A stretch of 64,000 nt of DNA from the IMG/VR virus record IMGVR_UViG_3300037808_002146, one strand, 5' to 3'. This document shows, in pieces, positions 1 through 9,867 of the stretch (position 1 is the stretch's first letter; every line of letters starts with the position of its first letter). Under the pieces are notes generated by a model that was not told the DNA's origin, searched no databases, and worked only from the letters and a program-made list of their open reading frames with translations. Origin of the DNA: a virus. Taxonomy: Duplodnaviria; Caudoviricetes. A program made the translations under genes and the position numbers.

Positions 1-2148
1 ACTAGCACTTTTTCTTTGTGATTTTAAGAGAGTCTTCTCTTTTTCAAGCAAGTGTTCTATATTTTGTAAGCTTCCCTCTATCTCTTTTTGTTGATTAAGT
101 TTTTCTTTTAACTCTTGAATAGGAAATTGTTCTTTGATAGCAGAAATTTTTTGAAGTTTGTTTTCAATCTCAATTATTTCGTCAGATATGTCTATTATTT
201 TAGACTTCATGAGATTGCTTCTTGATTTCAACTTTACTATCAATTTATCTTGATCTTCTATCTCTTCTTCGGTAAAAGCTTCAGAGTTTTCGTGAGTAGC
301 TAACATCAATTTCATGCTATCAGTTTCTTCTCTAACTTTTCTACATTGCTCTTCAGTTTCGTCTCTATCGCTAGTAATAGACTCTAGTTCTAGTCTTTTA
401 TTTCTAATTATTGACGCCCAGTCTCTGTCCGGAGCACTCTTCATTGAACCTTTTAATTCGGAAAATTCATTTTTTGCAATATTGAGCATATTGTCGAAAA
501 TACCAAGATCTAGAAACTTAGTGAGTATAGATTTTCTTATAGTTGCTCCATTTTTGATAAAATTATTCATAGAGCCTTGGCTTGCTAGAGACGTTAAAAG
601 AAAATCGTCAGAAGTTCCAACTAAGTTTTTTAAATCTTTCTCAGTTTCTCTTCGTTGTTCTCCGCTTAAATCCTCTACTTTGTTTCCTTCACTATCTGTT
701 TTCCACAAATTCAAAGATGTAGATGCTGAGGTCTTTCCAGCTCGGCTGGTATGCTTCGCTGATTGTCTTTCTACTTTATAGGGTTTTCCGTTTACGGATA
801 TATCTAACTCAATATTACAAAATCCTTTTCTAGAATTGATAATATGAATATTCTTAATAGCTCCTCTATCTGTTGAATTAAATAGACTATACATAATAGT
901 CCCTGGGATAGAAGATTTCCCTGTTCTGTTTTTACCAAAAATGCCGGTAATACCATTCATTTTTTCGAAATTAATAATATTTCCATTGCCGTACCCAAAT
1001 GTATTATTAAATTTAAGCTTTTTCAAAGACCATTTAAGATTTTTTCGATACTCTCCTCTAGCAGCTTCAGAAGCAACTCTTTTAGTTAATCCTTCAAGCA
1101 TTTCTCTCTCTTCATTTGAGAGAGGAAAGGTTTTTGTATAGTTACTCATAAGCTTTACGTGAGTAGCTGGGTTTAGGAGATCTTCTTTATCTAAAGTTGT
1201 ATCTCCAATGTTGATTTTATCGTCTTTTGTATCTTCGACGTCCCACTTAAAAACAACTTCTGTTGCTTTATACGTTTCTTTCAACCCATTAGAAAGCTGT
1301 TTTATTTCACTTTGCGGGATTATCGTATTTGATCTAATTCTAAAGCGGCCGTGTTCCATTGATTCGCTTATGTTCTTTAAAGTATCTTCTACGTTTCCCT
1401 CCCAGGGTATTGTATAGAAGGAAAACCTATTTTTAACTGGATAAAACTTGACTTTGAAATCTTCTTTGCTTTCTATATCCCAGACTAAAAAACCTTTTTC
1501 TACATCTTCGCCATAATTTTGTTGGATAGTTGATCCGCAATAAGCGATTCTATTTTCCTCGTCTAAAAATTGACTTTTGTGAATATCTCCAAGGAATGTA
1601 AAATCAAACTCTTTAAAGAAATCTACATTAATTTGATTCGGCTCGTCTATCTCCCAGTCGCTGTCTACCTTTGAGCCTTGAACTGGACCGTGGAAAAGGG
1701 CAATATTGGTCGTATTAGGCACCGGCTTAACTCTTGACCAGGATTCTTCATCGAAACAAGAAAATACGCACCAGCTCACATCATGTGACTCTAACGTATA
1801 AGAATCAGAATCTTTGTAGAGAAAAATTCTATCGTCTCCTATAGCTTGTATGATTGGAGTGATTGCATCTTGGCGATCTTTGTTTAAGATCAAGCCATCA
1901 TGGTTGCCAAGTATTACGTGGACTGGTGCAATGTCGGCTAAACCTTTAAACCACCAAACTAATACATCAATTAATTCGGGTGATATTCCCTGAGTCTTTG
2001 AGTGAACAATATCACCACCGATGAATATTGCATCTAAATTCATTTTAGATATTTTTTTAAAAATATTGCTGAATACTTCTCTGTATTCTTCGTGTCTAGA
2101 TAAACCCCTAAAGTGAATATCAGCAAAATGTGCGCACTTAAAACCCAT
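1..2148 (-). CDS. sbcCD: Fused SbcD(Mre11) nuclease-SbcC(Rad50) ATPase, 3'-truncated by window edge (>=716 aa)
   Basis: Hand translation from ATG at 2148 (MGFKCAHFADIHFRGL) stays open to position 1. Metallophosphoesterase motifs DIH, GGDIVH, LGNHD, FHG and LGDIH plus YCGSTIQQNYGE are present. In the same frame follow KLKFNNTFGYG, Walker A GKNRTGKSS (~910-940), Q-loop SQG and a coiled coil. SD-like TAAGGA upstream. Missing from the ORF track. Confidence 0.93.
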   Translation of the reverse strand, partial: MGFKCAHFADIHFRGLSRHEEYREVFSNIFKKISKMNLDAIFIGGDIVHSKTQGISPELIDVLVWWFKGLADIAPVHVILGNHDGLILNKDRQDAITPIIQAIGDDRIFLYKDSDSYTLESHDVSWCVFSCFDEESWSRVKPVPNTTNIALFHGPVQGSKVDSDWEIDEPNQINVDFFKEFDFTFLGDIHKSQFLDEENRIAYCGSTIQQNYGEDVEKGFLVWDIESKEDFKVKFYPVKNRFSFYTIPWEGNVEDTLKNISESMEHGRFRIRSNTIIPQSEIKQLSNGLKETYKATEVVFKWDVEDTKDDKINIGDTTLDKEDLLNPATHVKLMSNYTKTFPLSNEEREMLEGLTKRVASEAARGEYRKNLKWSLKKLKFNNTFGYGNGNIINFEKMNGITGIFGKNRTGKSSIPGTIMYSLFNSTDRGAIKNIHIINSRKGFCNIELDISVNGKPYKVERQSAKHTSRAGKTSASTSLNLWKTDSEGNKVEDLSGEQRRETEKDLKNLVGTSDDFLLTSLASQGSMNNFIKNGATIRKSILTKFLDLGIFDNMLNIAKNEFSELKGSMKSAPDRDWASIIRNKRLELESITSDRDETEEQCRKVREETDSMKLMLATHENSEAFTEEEIEDQDKLIVKLKSRSNLMKSKIIDISDEIIEIENKLQKISAIKEQFPIQELKEKLNQQKEIEGSLQNIEHLLEKEKTLLKSQRKSAS

Positions 2149-2157
2149 TAATAATCC

Positions 2158-3123
2158 TTAAACTAACGACCCTGATTTTATCGAAGATATTAAACTCAAA
2201 AGTCGATCGTCGTTGCCAAACGGTTTGGCATCTTGAAATCGCTTATAAAAATCTTTTTTTGACATAGCCCCTACATCTTCATAGTTTGAACAATCTAAAA
2301 TTCTTACGCTTATACCATATGAAGTAAGCAAACGAGCAATATTATAAGATTTGTTTAGAACATCCGGATCCAAAGCTAAACAAATCGGTGTACCGTTTCT
2401 TACTATCTTACTAAACAATATCTGATCTTCCTTCAAAGTACAGCCAAGTAGACAAGTAGCGTTTTCATTAGCTTTAATGAGATCAAATGGACCTTCGACG
2501 AGAGTCAGCTCGGAATTCCAGTCTATATTGATTTCGTTGAAGATGATATTTTTCTTTGGTACTCTAGAATTGATGTATTTCATCTTAGAGTCACTCCCAA
2601 CAGTTCTAGCTACATAATAATTTAGTTCTCCATCACAGTCAAAAGATGGTATTATTATCCGCCGCCTCAAACGTCCTGTTAAAGTAGCTCCAATCTTAAA
2701 AAACCAAAAATCTTTTTCGCATATCTCTCTTGATTTAGCGTATTTAATAGTAGCTTTGATGTCTGGATCTATATGATTATTAGATTTTGCTAGTAGGACA
2801 AAGTTTTTAGGTAACTCTAAATAGTACTCTTTTTCTTCTACTAGCTCTTTTGAACGCGAAAAATCCTTAAATACCGACGACACTTCCGAAATTAAAGCTC
2901 TACGGAATTTCGAAATTATCTTTTTAACGCCAACGCCAGATTCTCCGCAAACCCAGCAGTGATACTGCTGAGTGTCTAATTGCACTATTAATTTTAACTT
3001 ACTAGAGTTGTAAGATTTGCACTTCTTATTAGGACAAAGTACCTCAGCATTTTCGTTATCAGACGTTAAGTTAGCTTTCTTAAAAGCTTTTCTTAGGAAA
3101 CTTAGTTTTTGAGTCTTAGACAA
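2158..3123 (-). CDS. dnaG: DNA primase (DnaG-like: Zn finger + TOPRIM)
   Basis: N-terminal CPNKKC...HCWVCG zinc-binding motif, RRIIIPSFDCDGELNYYVAR, KYIN, TOPRIM LVEGPFD, ALDPD and DVG. TTG start; no C-terminal helicase-binding domain. Confidence 0.9.
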   Translation of the reverse strand: MSKTQKLSFLRKAFKKANLTSDNENAEVLCPNKKCKSYNSSKLKLIVQLDTQQYHCWVCGESGVGVKKIISKFRRALISEVSSVFKDFSRSKELVEEKEYYLELPKNFVLLAKSNNHIDPDIKATIKYAKSREICEKDFWFFKIGATLTGRLRRRIIIPSFDCDGELNYYVARTVGSDSKMKYINSRVPKKNIIFNEINIDWNSELTLVEGPFDLIKANENATCLLGCTLKEDQILFSKIVRNGTPICLALDPDVLNKSYNIARLLTSYGISVRILDCSNYEDVGAMSKKDFYKRFQDAKPFGNDDRLLSLISSIKSGSLV

Positions 3124-3665
3124 TTTTCTTCCTGTATTACAGCGCTTTGGGCAATTACATAAGCATCTGCCATATCATAACACTCTTTTACAAGAACTAC
3201 ACTTCCTTTTCTAGGACCTCCCTTTAATATTTTGGTTGGCCATACCAGAGAGGGATCTCTCTCTTTAACGAAATCTAATATTTGTTCTTTGGTATTTTTA
3301 TCGGATTTTCTATTAATCTTTATCCCAACAAGTTTTCTTGCAGCGTTTACGTTCATAAACTTAGGGGTAATTCCAAAGACTTCAGAAGAAATATACGTAC
3401 AAACGCCGTTGAATCTAGCTAAAGAAACTATAGTCTTCGCGCTAGATAAGCCCGGGCGGAATGCTTGAAGGTTTTCTTCTATTGCTATTTCATTAACATT
3501 GTATTGTGACTTTATAGTCAACAAATTGTTTTTAAATTTTTCTGCTTTAGAGAAAAGCGTTTTCTCTTTTGATAAATCTAGAAAGCTTATAAGCTTTACT
3601 TTTTTGTTTTTTTCAACTATGCACAAACCGATAGCTGAAGTTGATATATCTAAACCAAGAAACAT
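3102..3665 (-). CDS. ruvC: RuvC-like Holliday junction resolvase
   Basis: RNase H-fold acidic motifs FLGLDISTSAIG, IAIEE, SLARFNGV and YDMADAYVIA. Overlaps the primase start by 22 nt. Confidence 0.85.
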   Translation of the reverse strand: MFLGLDISTSAIGLCIVEKNKKVKLISFLDLSKEKTLFSKAEKFKNNLLTIKSQYNVNEIAIEENLQAFRPGLSSAKTIVSLARFNGVCTYISSEVFGITPKFMNVNAARKLVGIKINRKSDKNTKEQILDFVKERDPSLVWPTKILKGGPRKGSVVLVKECYDMADAYVIAQSAVIQEENCLRLKN

Positions 3666-3698
3666 ATAATATTATAAGAGTCAAAAGTCGAGTTTAAA
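3666..3698 (-). promoter_or_regulatory. Candidate sigma70-like promoter giving a leaderless ruvC transcript
   Basis: Minus-strand TATAAT (3676-3671) lies 5 nt before the ATG, with TTTAAA (3698-3693) at a 16-nt spacer. No SD is present before this ATG. Confidence 0.35.
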
Positions 3699-6600
3699 CT
3701 TAAAAACGTATCTATCTTCATCTTTTCTAACTATTGGCCTCGATAAATTCACTTTGCCAATTACATTTAAGTTTTCATCATGAAGAAACATGTTGGTGAT
3801 TAAATTACATCCTGTCTCTCTATCAGAAGGTAGATCGGATGGCGACAGCTTTTTATATGTCGGGTTAGTTGATATCCTTGCTTCATCTGCTGAAATTGGT
3901 ACTCTCATCTCTAGCACGTGAAGATTTCGATCTCCCTTGAACTTAGTACTGAACTGATTTACCCCAAATTGTGGAATCGTTGGGTTTGTTAAACATGCTA
4001 AACCTTCTTCATATAAAATTATTCCCGCTTGAGCCCATGTTGGGTGGCTACCAGAAGCGTCGCATCGATATAGCATACCGGTGCCGTTATCTTTAAACGT
4101 CAAGTTTATTTTACCAGCAGAGCCTGTCACCAACGGATCGCTAATAGAGAAAGATTCTCGTTTGATAGCATCACCATAAAAAATATTAGATATGTCTAGA
4201 AACATAATCTCGTTAGAGTCTGGATCTCTAGTTCGATTCAAGACTGTCAAGCCAATTTTGCTTTGTTGCCCATAGACTTCTGAATGTGCTATTTCGCTGA
4301 TATTGCCGGCGTATTCTCCAGACACAGATCTAGCAACAGTGATTTTTGGAAAAAGTCGGCTGACCAAAGAGCCTGGATTTCCATTATCATCGCTAAACGA
4401 AGAAAAATCATTATACTGCTGGCCCATATCTACCATATTACGAAGATTTATCATCCCAGCATATTCTTCTTTTCTATCATTAACGAAAAAATCAACTGAG
4501 CTTTGTTTTGTCAAGGTTGCAACTCTAGAATCTAGATTTCTAAACTTAGGTTTGAAGTTTCCTAAATCACTTGGTAATATAGACAAATTTCTCTTTCGAT
4601 TTTCAGGCTTTAAAACTATAGCTTCAGTGGCGGGCATAAAATCAAAATCATCAGCAGAGAAATTTGACCATGTGCCTGTTGGAGCTGTAGCTGATAGGTT
4701 GTAACACAAAGCTTGATTACCAGTAACTAGATCATGACTAAAGTTTTCCAAATTTATTAGTCGACCGCCTTGGCCAAACGACAAGTCAGTATTAAAAGGA
4801 GTATGGCTACTAGAGTAGTGGGTTTGAGTTACTGTTGACATCATTTGTCTAACTGAGCTAGAAGGTATAAAATAAGGAGGTAAGTAAAACAGCAAGTCCT
4901 TATCCCCAAAATCATAGTAGCCATTTTTAGCAGTAGCTTTAATTTCAGTGTTATTTCTATACTTTGAGAAAATTCTCACTTCTTGTAACTCTGCGTTAAG
5001 CGGGAAGTCTAAAGTATGTGAAACACCTTCACCAGCCGAGATATCGCCAAGTAAACTCTCTACTCCAAACCTGTTAGCTGATCCTGAGTCAAACAAAAAG
5101 CTAGTTTTAGAAGCTGTTGAATTCGAGTTACCATAAATAGGGTTTTGGCTGCTTATTTGAAACATATCAGATAAAAAGTTACCTAAGCTGCCAGATGCTC
5201 TTTGCGCAGGGGAAATTTGAATAGAGCTCGATGGGATAATATCTATCCGGTGATCTGCAATGCTTAAAACTACCTTATTTCCCGATGTTGAAGTAGACAA
5301 ACCAGCTAGTTGCGGATTTTCAGAATTTTCACCGCCGGCAAAGGCGGAGGGAACTGTTGCTGAAGCTGCAGCAGATATTGTGTTTGCAATATTTTTATTG
5401 CCAGCTGTCCCTTTTACGTTTTGAGTCAATACTAACCTGCCAGATGAAGCATTCGCGACTATAGCTCCATTATGTCCAGAGGCATGATTGATAGCTAAAG
5501 CTAAATTGGAAGCTGCAATCGTTGCTGAATTTGCATCGCTGATATTAACTCCACCCACAAAATTTGAAAAACCGGTGATGGCCGCGTCTGTAACCATAGC
5601 TGTAGCTGCCACTACCTTATCTCCCGAAGCGCCTCCAAAATCTTGAACGAAGATCAACTGTTGATTTCCAGTGACCCCGGCTGAGTCGGGATTTGTTACT
5701 GTGTTTGGCGTAATTGAAATTAATCCAGCGTTAGATCTTGCCAAAACTACATTTCTAATAGTATTCGCTAAAACCGATTTATTAGCAGCGCCTTGAATAC
5801 CGATCAAAATGTTACCGGCAGAAGATGGGTTGGCATGGGTGGTAGTTCCATTGTTAGTCGCATGATTAAATGCTACTGCTGAATCAAATTGAAACACTGC
5901 CGTTCTTGCGCCATCAGGGTGGTTATCTATTAAAGAAAACGTTTTGTCGTCTAAGCCCGAAATTGAATCTGCTATAGGATCAGCAGCGTTATTTGGTATT
6001 GCTAAGGTTGATTTAGAAGCAGTAAGCCCACTTTTGAAATTGGGTGGTACAGAAGTGTTGAAATTCTCCGAAGTGTACGCTTTAGAGTTATTTCCAGAGT
6101 CTATCAAAGTAATCGTATTCCCTTTCGGTATCGCTTTAGTAAAGTCGATAATTGCAGTAGCTGCAGCTCCATGGGCTAGCGTATTATTTACCAAAGCTCC
6201 CGTAAAAGCCGCCCTAGTTCTAGAGATTAAATTAGAAACGCTTGTATTTGCATGAATATTACTTGATATGTTATTTACCCTAACGGTATCTGCCGGTAAC
6301 GAAGCTAGCGAAGATGTTACAAAAAATATGTCTCTAGTAACCTTAGCATCTGTGCTATTATTGGTGGTAGTCACCGTGAGTTTTCCAGTAGCTTTTGTGC
6401 TATCAAATGCTGGAGAAAACAAAGAACCTGTCAAAAGTGTTACGACATCGTCATCGTCAACTGCAGTGGTGCCAGACACTGTAGCTTGATTACTACATCT
6501 ATATCTGTTACCAACTAATAAAGCTGATGGGATATTGTTCAAATCGGTAAATTTTTCTTTCCCAAAAGATAATGTAGTATTCGGTATTGTTATATTACCC

Positions 6601-7574
6601 GCATGCTGGCCATCTATATAAAAACTTCCTGTATAATTGTTTTGTTTTGGGCCACCCCATCTAATTGCACAATAGCTCCAACGGTCTTTTTGCAAAAAGT
6701 TGTCAGCAGAGACGTAGGTTAGCTCTGGTTCATTACTGCCCGAAGATGAGTTACTAGGTAGGGTGATTAAATTCAAGGGCCTAGTCGTATAGTCTCCTAA
6801 CTGCAGCGCTAATCGAAATGACTTTGGTCGGCCAAATTCATCGACGTGTGATCCTGAGTGTAACGAAACAGTGTAACAATTAGGCATATTTAAGATTGTG
6901 CCAGGTTGATAATGATCATTGCTTGTGTCAGTTGTGTATCGCGGATTGATATAGAATTCAAAACTAAATGAAGCCGACGGGAAATACCTAGCTGGTTTAT
7001 ACCTAGTGACTCCATCAACATCGATGCTGCTAGTTGTTGGAACTGGATAAATAAAAGCAGAATCGCTTGGAACGTTAGACGGAAAAGCTGCCGAAGATGT
7101 AAAGAAGTTTAAACTATGGTAATTAGAAAAACCAAAAGACAAAGGTCTTTCATATTCTCCTTGGTAAAATGGCAATAAGTTCTTAACGAAAACAGATTTC
7201 CTCATAGTATTTGCATTAAGACGGTGAGGCATATCAAATCTGTAGACTATTAATTTCTTGTCATTATCCAGTGAGCCAGCTAGTTGTCCTATAGATGTTA
7301 TGTAGTTGTTAACAAAACCAGATATATCTTTTTTGTTTTTTCTACTATCTTTTCTAATGATATCGCCAGAATCGTCCAACGTAAGTAAAGACTTTACATC
7401 AAACATATATTCTTCTAACTCGGGAGTTATTTCCTTAAGCGTGTTGCTTCTTTCAGCAAATAAGAAAACATCTCCAGTTATCCCGGAAATAGAAGAAGAA
7501 ATAAAGTGCTGGTTTGGATGAACTTTTACCGAGCTGACTCTTATGTCTTCAGGTAGAATAGGGATGAGCGCCAT
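3681..7574 (-). CDS. Virion (tail/baseplate) protein, 1297 aa, with LamG-like domain split by nested plug-in modules; C-terminal ...SRPIVRKDEDRYVFKFKLDF
   Basis: LamG-like motifs FSFEFYINP, WSYCAIRW, FYIDG and LLVGN, with the closing strand LQEVRIFSK far downstream. C-terminus is paralogous to 7587..8978. Confidence 0.7.
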   Translation of the reverse strand: MALIPILPEDIRVSSVKVHPNQHFISSSISGITGDVFLFAERSNTLKEITPELEEYMFDVKSLLTLDDSGDIIRKDSRKNKKDISGFVNNYITSIGQLAGSLDNDKKLIVYRFDMPHRLNANTMRKSVFVKNLLPFYQGEYERPLSFGFSNYHSLNFFTSSAAFPSNVPSDSAFIYPVPTTSSIDVDGVTRYKPARYFPSASFSFEFYINPRYTTDTSNDHYQPGTILNMPNCYTVSLHSGSHVDEFGRPKSFRLALQLGDYTTRPLNLITLPSNSSSGSNEPELTYVSADNFLQKDRWSYCAIRWGGPKQNNYTGSFYIDGQHAGNITIPNTTLSFGKEKFTDLNNIPSALLVGNRYRCSNQATVSGTTAVDDDDVVTLLTGSLFSPAFDSTKATGKLTVTTTNNSTDAKVTRDIFFVTSSLASLPADTVRVNNISSNIHANTSVSNLISRTRAAFTGALVNNTLAHGAAATAIIDFTKAIPKGNTITLIDSGNNSKAYTSENFNTSVPPNFKSGLTASKSTLAIPNNAADPIADSISGLDDKTFSLIDNHPDGARTAVFQFDSAVAFNHATNNGTTTHANPSSAGNILIGIQGAANKSVLANTIRNVVLARSNAGLISITPNTVTNPDSAGVTGNQQLIFVQDFGGASGDKVVAATAMVTDAAITGFSNFVGGVNISDANSATIAASNLALAINHASGHNGAIVANASSGRLVLTQNVKGTAGNKNIANTISAAASATVPSAFAGGENSENPQLAGLSTSTSGNKVVLSIADHRIDIIPSSSIQISPAQRASGSLGNFLSDMFQISSQNPIYGNSNSTASKTSFLFDSGSANRFGVESLLGDISAGEGVSHTLDFPLNAELQEVRIFSKYRNNTEIKATAKNGYYDFGDKDLLFYLPPYFIPSSSVRQMMSTVTQTHYSSSHTPFNTDLSFGQGGRLINLENFSHDLVTGNQALCYNLSATAPTGTWSNFSADDFDFMPATEAIVLKPENRKRNLSILPSDLGNFKPKFRNLDSRVATLTKQSSVDFFVNDRKEEYAGMINLRNMVDMGQQYNDFSSFSDDNGNPGSLVSRLFPKITVARSVSGEYAGNISEIAHSEVYGQQSKIGLTVLNRTRDPDSNEIMFLDISNIFYGDAIKRESFSISDPLVTGSAGKINLTFKDNGTGMLYRCDASGSHPTWAQAGIILYEEGLACLTNPTIPQFGVNQFSTKFKGDRNLHVLEMRVPISADEARISTNPTYKKLSPSDLPSDRETGCNLITNMFLHDENLNVIGKVNLSRPIVRKDEDRYVFKFKLDF

Positions 7575-7586
7575 TTTATCCCCTTA

Positions 7587-8978
7587 TCAGAAGTCTAACC
7601 TTACTCTAATCGTTAAATCTTTTTCGTCATTCTTTTCTATTGGTCTAGATACCTTAGCGACTGCGAGTAAGTCATCATAATCGCCATACAACCCAACTGT
7701 TGTAATATAAGAAAACGGCTTATTCAAACTATTAACTGAGCTATCAGTAACCAAAATCTCTCCAGTATCACTAACATAAGATGGGTTAGAGGAATAATTA
7801 AATTCATCAGGTTGTGCTCTGACAAAGTAAATAGTAGAATTAATTTCTGTCTTGTTTTGAAAAGTAATAGCTGTGCCGGCATCGCTTCCAAACCTAGTTA
7901 CACAAACATGATTTACTATGTCATTAATAGAACCCGACGTGAAAAAGTAGGGAAATACGTGACCGGCTTTTTGAAGCCCTAAGGTAGATACTTCTGCAGA
8001 TGTTGGAATAGTTGCGTCCCCAGGACCAAGTTTACCGAAAGTTAGTATAGGAGTAGCATCTGCAGTTTGAAGAGGCGGCCCAAAGAGTGCTTTGCCGGCA
8101 GGAATTCGACCGGTGGGGCTAAATACACTAGCAGCAGATCCAGAAGATACAGTTGCAGTCATTGCGTCGATCATCCCATGACCAATATCAGATTTAGAGA
8201 AAACTTTTTCAATGTCTAAAATGACTGTCCCATGATCATAAAAGATTAAACCAACAACTTCGCTAGTTTTAGATGCCCTCACTATATTGCCAACCGGACC
8301 ACCAACAGAAGTTGGCTGATTCGTGGAAGAACCAAAGTCCGTATATATTCGTTCTGTAGTTCCCATTGTTTGAAATAGATTATCAGTAAAAGCTGATGCT
8401 GTTCCTGAGGCATTTGCTATGTTGTAGTTCAACCTCATAGCAAAAGTTTCTCTCTTTATTCCGTCTCTTACAAAAAGGCGGTGGAAACTAATAAACAAAG
8501 CTGAGTTTATTTTGCCAGTAGCATTTGCGTCTCTAGAATAAGGAGCTGCAAAGAAATCTTCTGGATGTCCCAAAAGAGTAGCCGCAAACTGCTTATAGAT
8601 ATCTTGCTTTTCCCTCATCATTAAAGAGGTATGCTTATATCGCCTTTTGCCTGCGGTATCCTCTGTGATGAAAGCACCGGCAGAGGTATTAGCTGAACCA
8701 GCGGCCGAAACTGGAGTTTTTGCTTCTGCAGAATCGTGATAAAAACCAAACGTCATATCAAAAAGACTGTTTGCTGTTTGCAGACTGAAATCTTGATCAA
8801 AGACTGTTTGGTATAAAGAAGACGTTACGCCAGGACCAAAACTAGAAGTTACAAAAACTTCATAACTTTTCCTAGAGTTAGAACCTGAAACATCTTCTCT
8901 TACGATATCTACCAGCTGGTTTAATACTGATTTAGTATTCTTGATATCGTTGCTTAATAAAGATTTGAAAACTGCCAC
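7587..8978 (-). CDS. Virion (tail/baseplate) protein, 463 aa; C-terminal YITTVGLY...LLAVAKVSRPIEKNDEKDLTIRVRLDF
   Basis: GTG start with AGGAGA SD. The C-terminal motif is shared with 3681..7574. Lies in the structural cluster. Confidence 0.65.
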   Translation of the reverse strand: MAVFKSLLSNDIKNTKSVLNQLVDIVREDVSGSNSRKSYEVFVTSSFGPGVTSSLYQTVFDQDFSLQTANSLFDMTFGFYHDSAEAKTPVSAAGSANTSAGAFITEDTAGKRRYKHTSLMMREKQDIYKQFAATLLGHPEDFFAAPYSRDANATGKINSALFISFHRLFVRDGIKRETFAMRLNYNIANASGTASAFTDNLFQTMGTTERIYTDFGSSTNQPTSVGGPVGNIVRASKTSEVVGLIFYDHGTVILDIEKVFSKSDIGHGMIDAMTATVSSGSAASVFSPTGRIPAGKALFGPPLQTADATPILTFGKLGPGDATIPTSAEVSTLGLQKAGHVFPYFFTSGSINDIVNHVCVTRFGSDAGTAITFQNKTEINSTIYFVRAQPDEFNYSSNPSYVSDTGEILVTDSSVNSLNKPFSYITTVGLYGDYDDLLAVAKVSRPIEKNDEKDLTIRVRLDF

Positions 8979-9018
8979 TTAAATTATCTCCTAACTTACG
9001 ACTTACACAAAAATAAAA

Positions 9019-9777
9019 TCAAGTAGCGTCATTGCTATATTTTAATGGTAAAGTGATCTGGTGTTGAATGCCTGTCAATAAACCAGTTACAACTGCTACT
9101 GTTGTAATAATTCCAGATGAATCTCCAAAAGTATTAAAGACTGTTTGATTTAAAGTTTGTTTCACTTTAAATGTTAGGCTCAAGCTTGGCGAATTTTTAA
9201 CGCCGCCGGCGGACGCTGCCACTCTGTATGTTGCCATTTGATCTCTTTCGGAGATATAAGAAGCCGGTAAAACACCAGCACCGGAGGAAACTTCTAGAAA
9301 TCTGCTTGAAGCTTTAACCATGAATACGGATTCTTGCATATCAATAGGTATAGCACCATCTTGCTGAACCCTGTTTCCTGTCCCAATTCTTTGGGAAAGA
9401 TTAACTGTAGCTGGGGTTTGGCCAACTCTCGTTAGAGCGTTAGATGTACTTATATTAGTCGAAGAAGAGTTATCAGCTATTGTGTTTACTAAACTAGGAA
9501 TAAAAGTTTCAACTTGAGACGACATACTGATTAATTTATATTTAAGCCCTAAGTTAGAGCTAGTTTGAGCCTCGAATATTGGAGTGTTTTTCTCTATCTT
9601 CTCTCTGCCAACTGTTAACCCAAATTTCTTAATTATAGAATAATCAATCTCATCATCGCCTAAAGCGAATTTTACAATTGAAAAAGAACCATCGTTTTGA
9701 GACAGCCTCTTTCTACCCAAATCAGTTAGAACAGCATCTACTATAATATTGTTCGTGCTGTGATCTAAGAATCCCAT
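9019..9777 (-). CDS. Virion structural protein, 252 aa; N-terminal DAVLTDLGRKRL...FALGDDEIDY motif
   Basis: AGGAGA SD. The N-terminal motif is shared with 22855..26037 and recalls phage tail/baseplate anchor domains. Confidence 0.65.
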   Translation of the reverse strand: MGFLDHSTNNIIVDAVLTDLGRKRLSQNDGSFSIVKFALGDDEIDYSIIKKFGLTVGREKIEKNTPIFEAQTSSNLGLKYKLISMSSQVETFIPSLVNTIADNSSSTNISTSNALTRVGQTPATVNLSQRIGTGNRVQQDGAIPIDMQESVFMVKASSRFLEVSSGAGVLPASYISERDQMATYRVAASAGGVKNSPSLSLTFKVKQTLNQTVFNTFGDSSGIITTVAVVTGLLTGIQHQITLPLKYSNDAT

Positions 9778-9800
9778 ATCTTTCTCCTGATTTATACTTT

Positions 9801-9808
9801 TTAAATAT
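9801..9808 (-). promoter_or_regulatory. Candidate late-promoter motif ATATTTAA
   Basis: Instance of ATANTTA(T/A) in the intergenic gap upstream of the 252-aa gene. Confidence 0.4.
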
Positions 9809-9867
9809 ACTTAGCAGCAAAAAAAAGTAAAATTTATTATGGCAAGCCACAAGGCCAAAAAAATCTA

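Noticed and set aside
1-2148. Giant eukaryotic virus origin suggested by the Mre11-Rad50 fusion
   Set aside because: SD motifs, translational coupling, a bacterial intrinsic terminator and gpI-like baseplate motifs point to a bacteriophage.
9841-9863. Possible terminator after the 782-aa gene (ggcaagccacaaggcc next to an A-run)
   Set aside because: The stem is weak and, on the coding strand, the T-run precedes rather than follows it.
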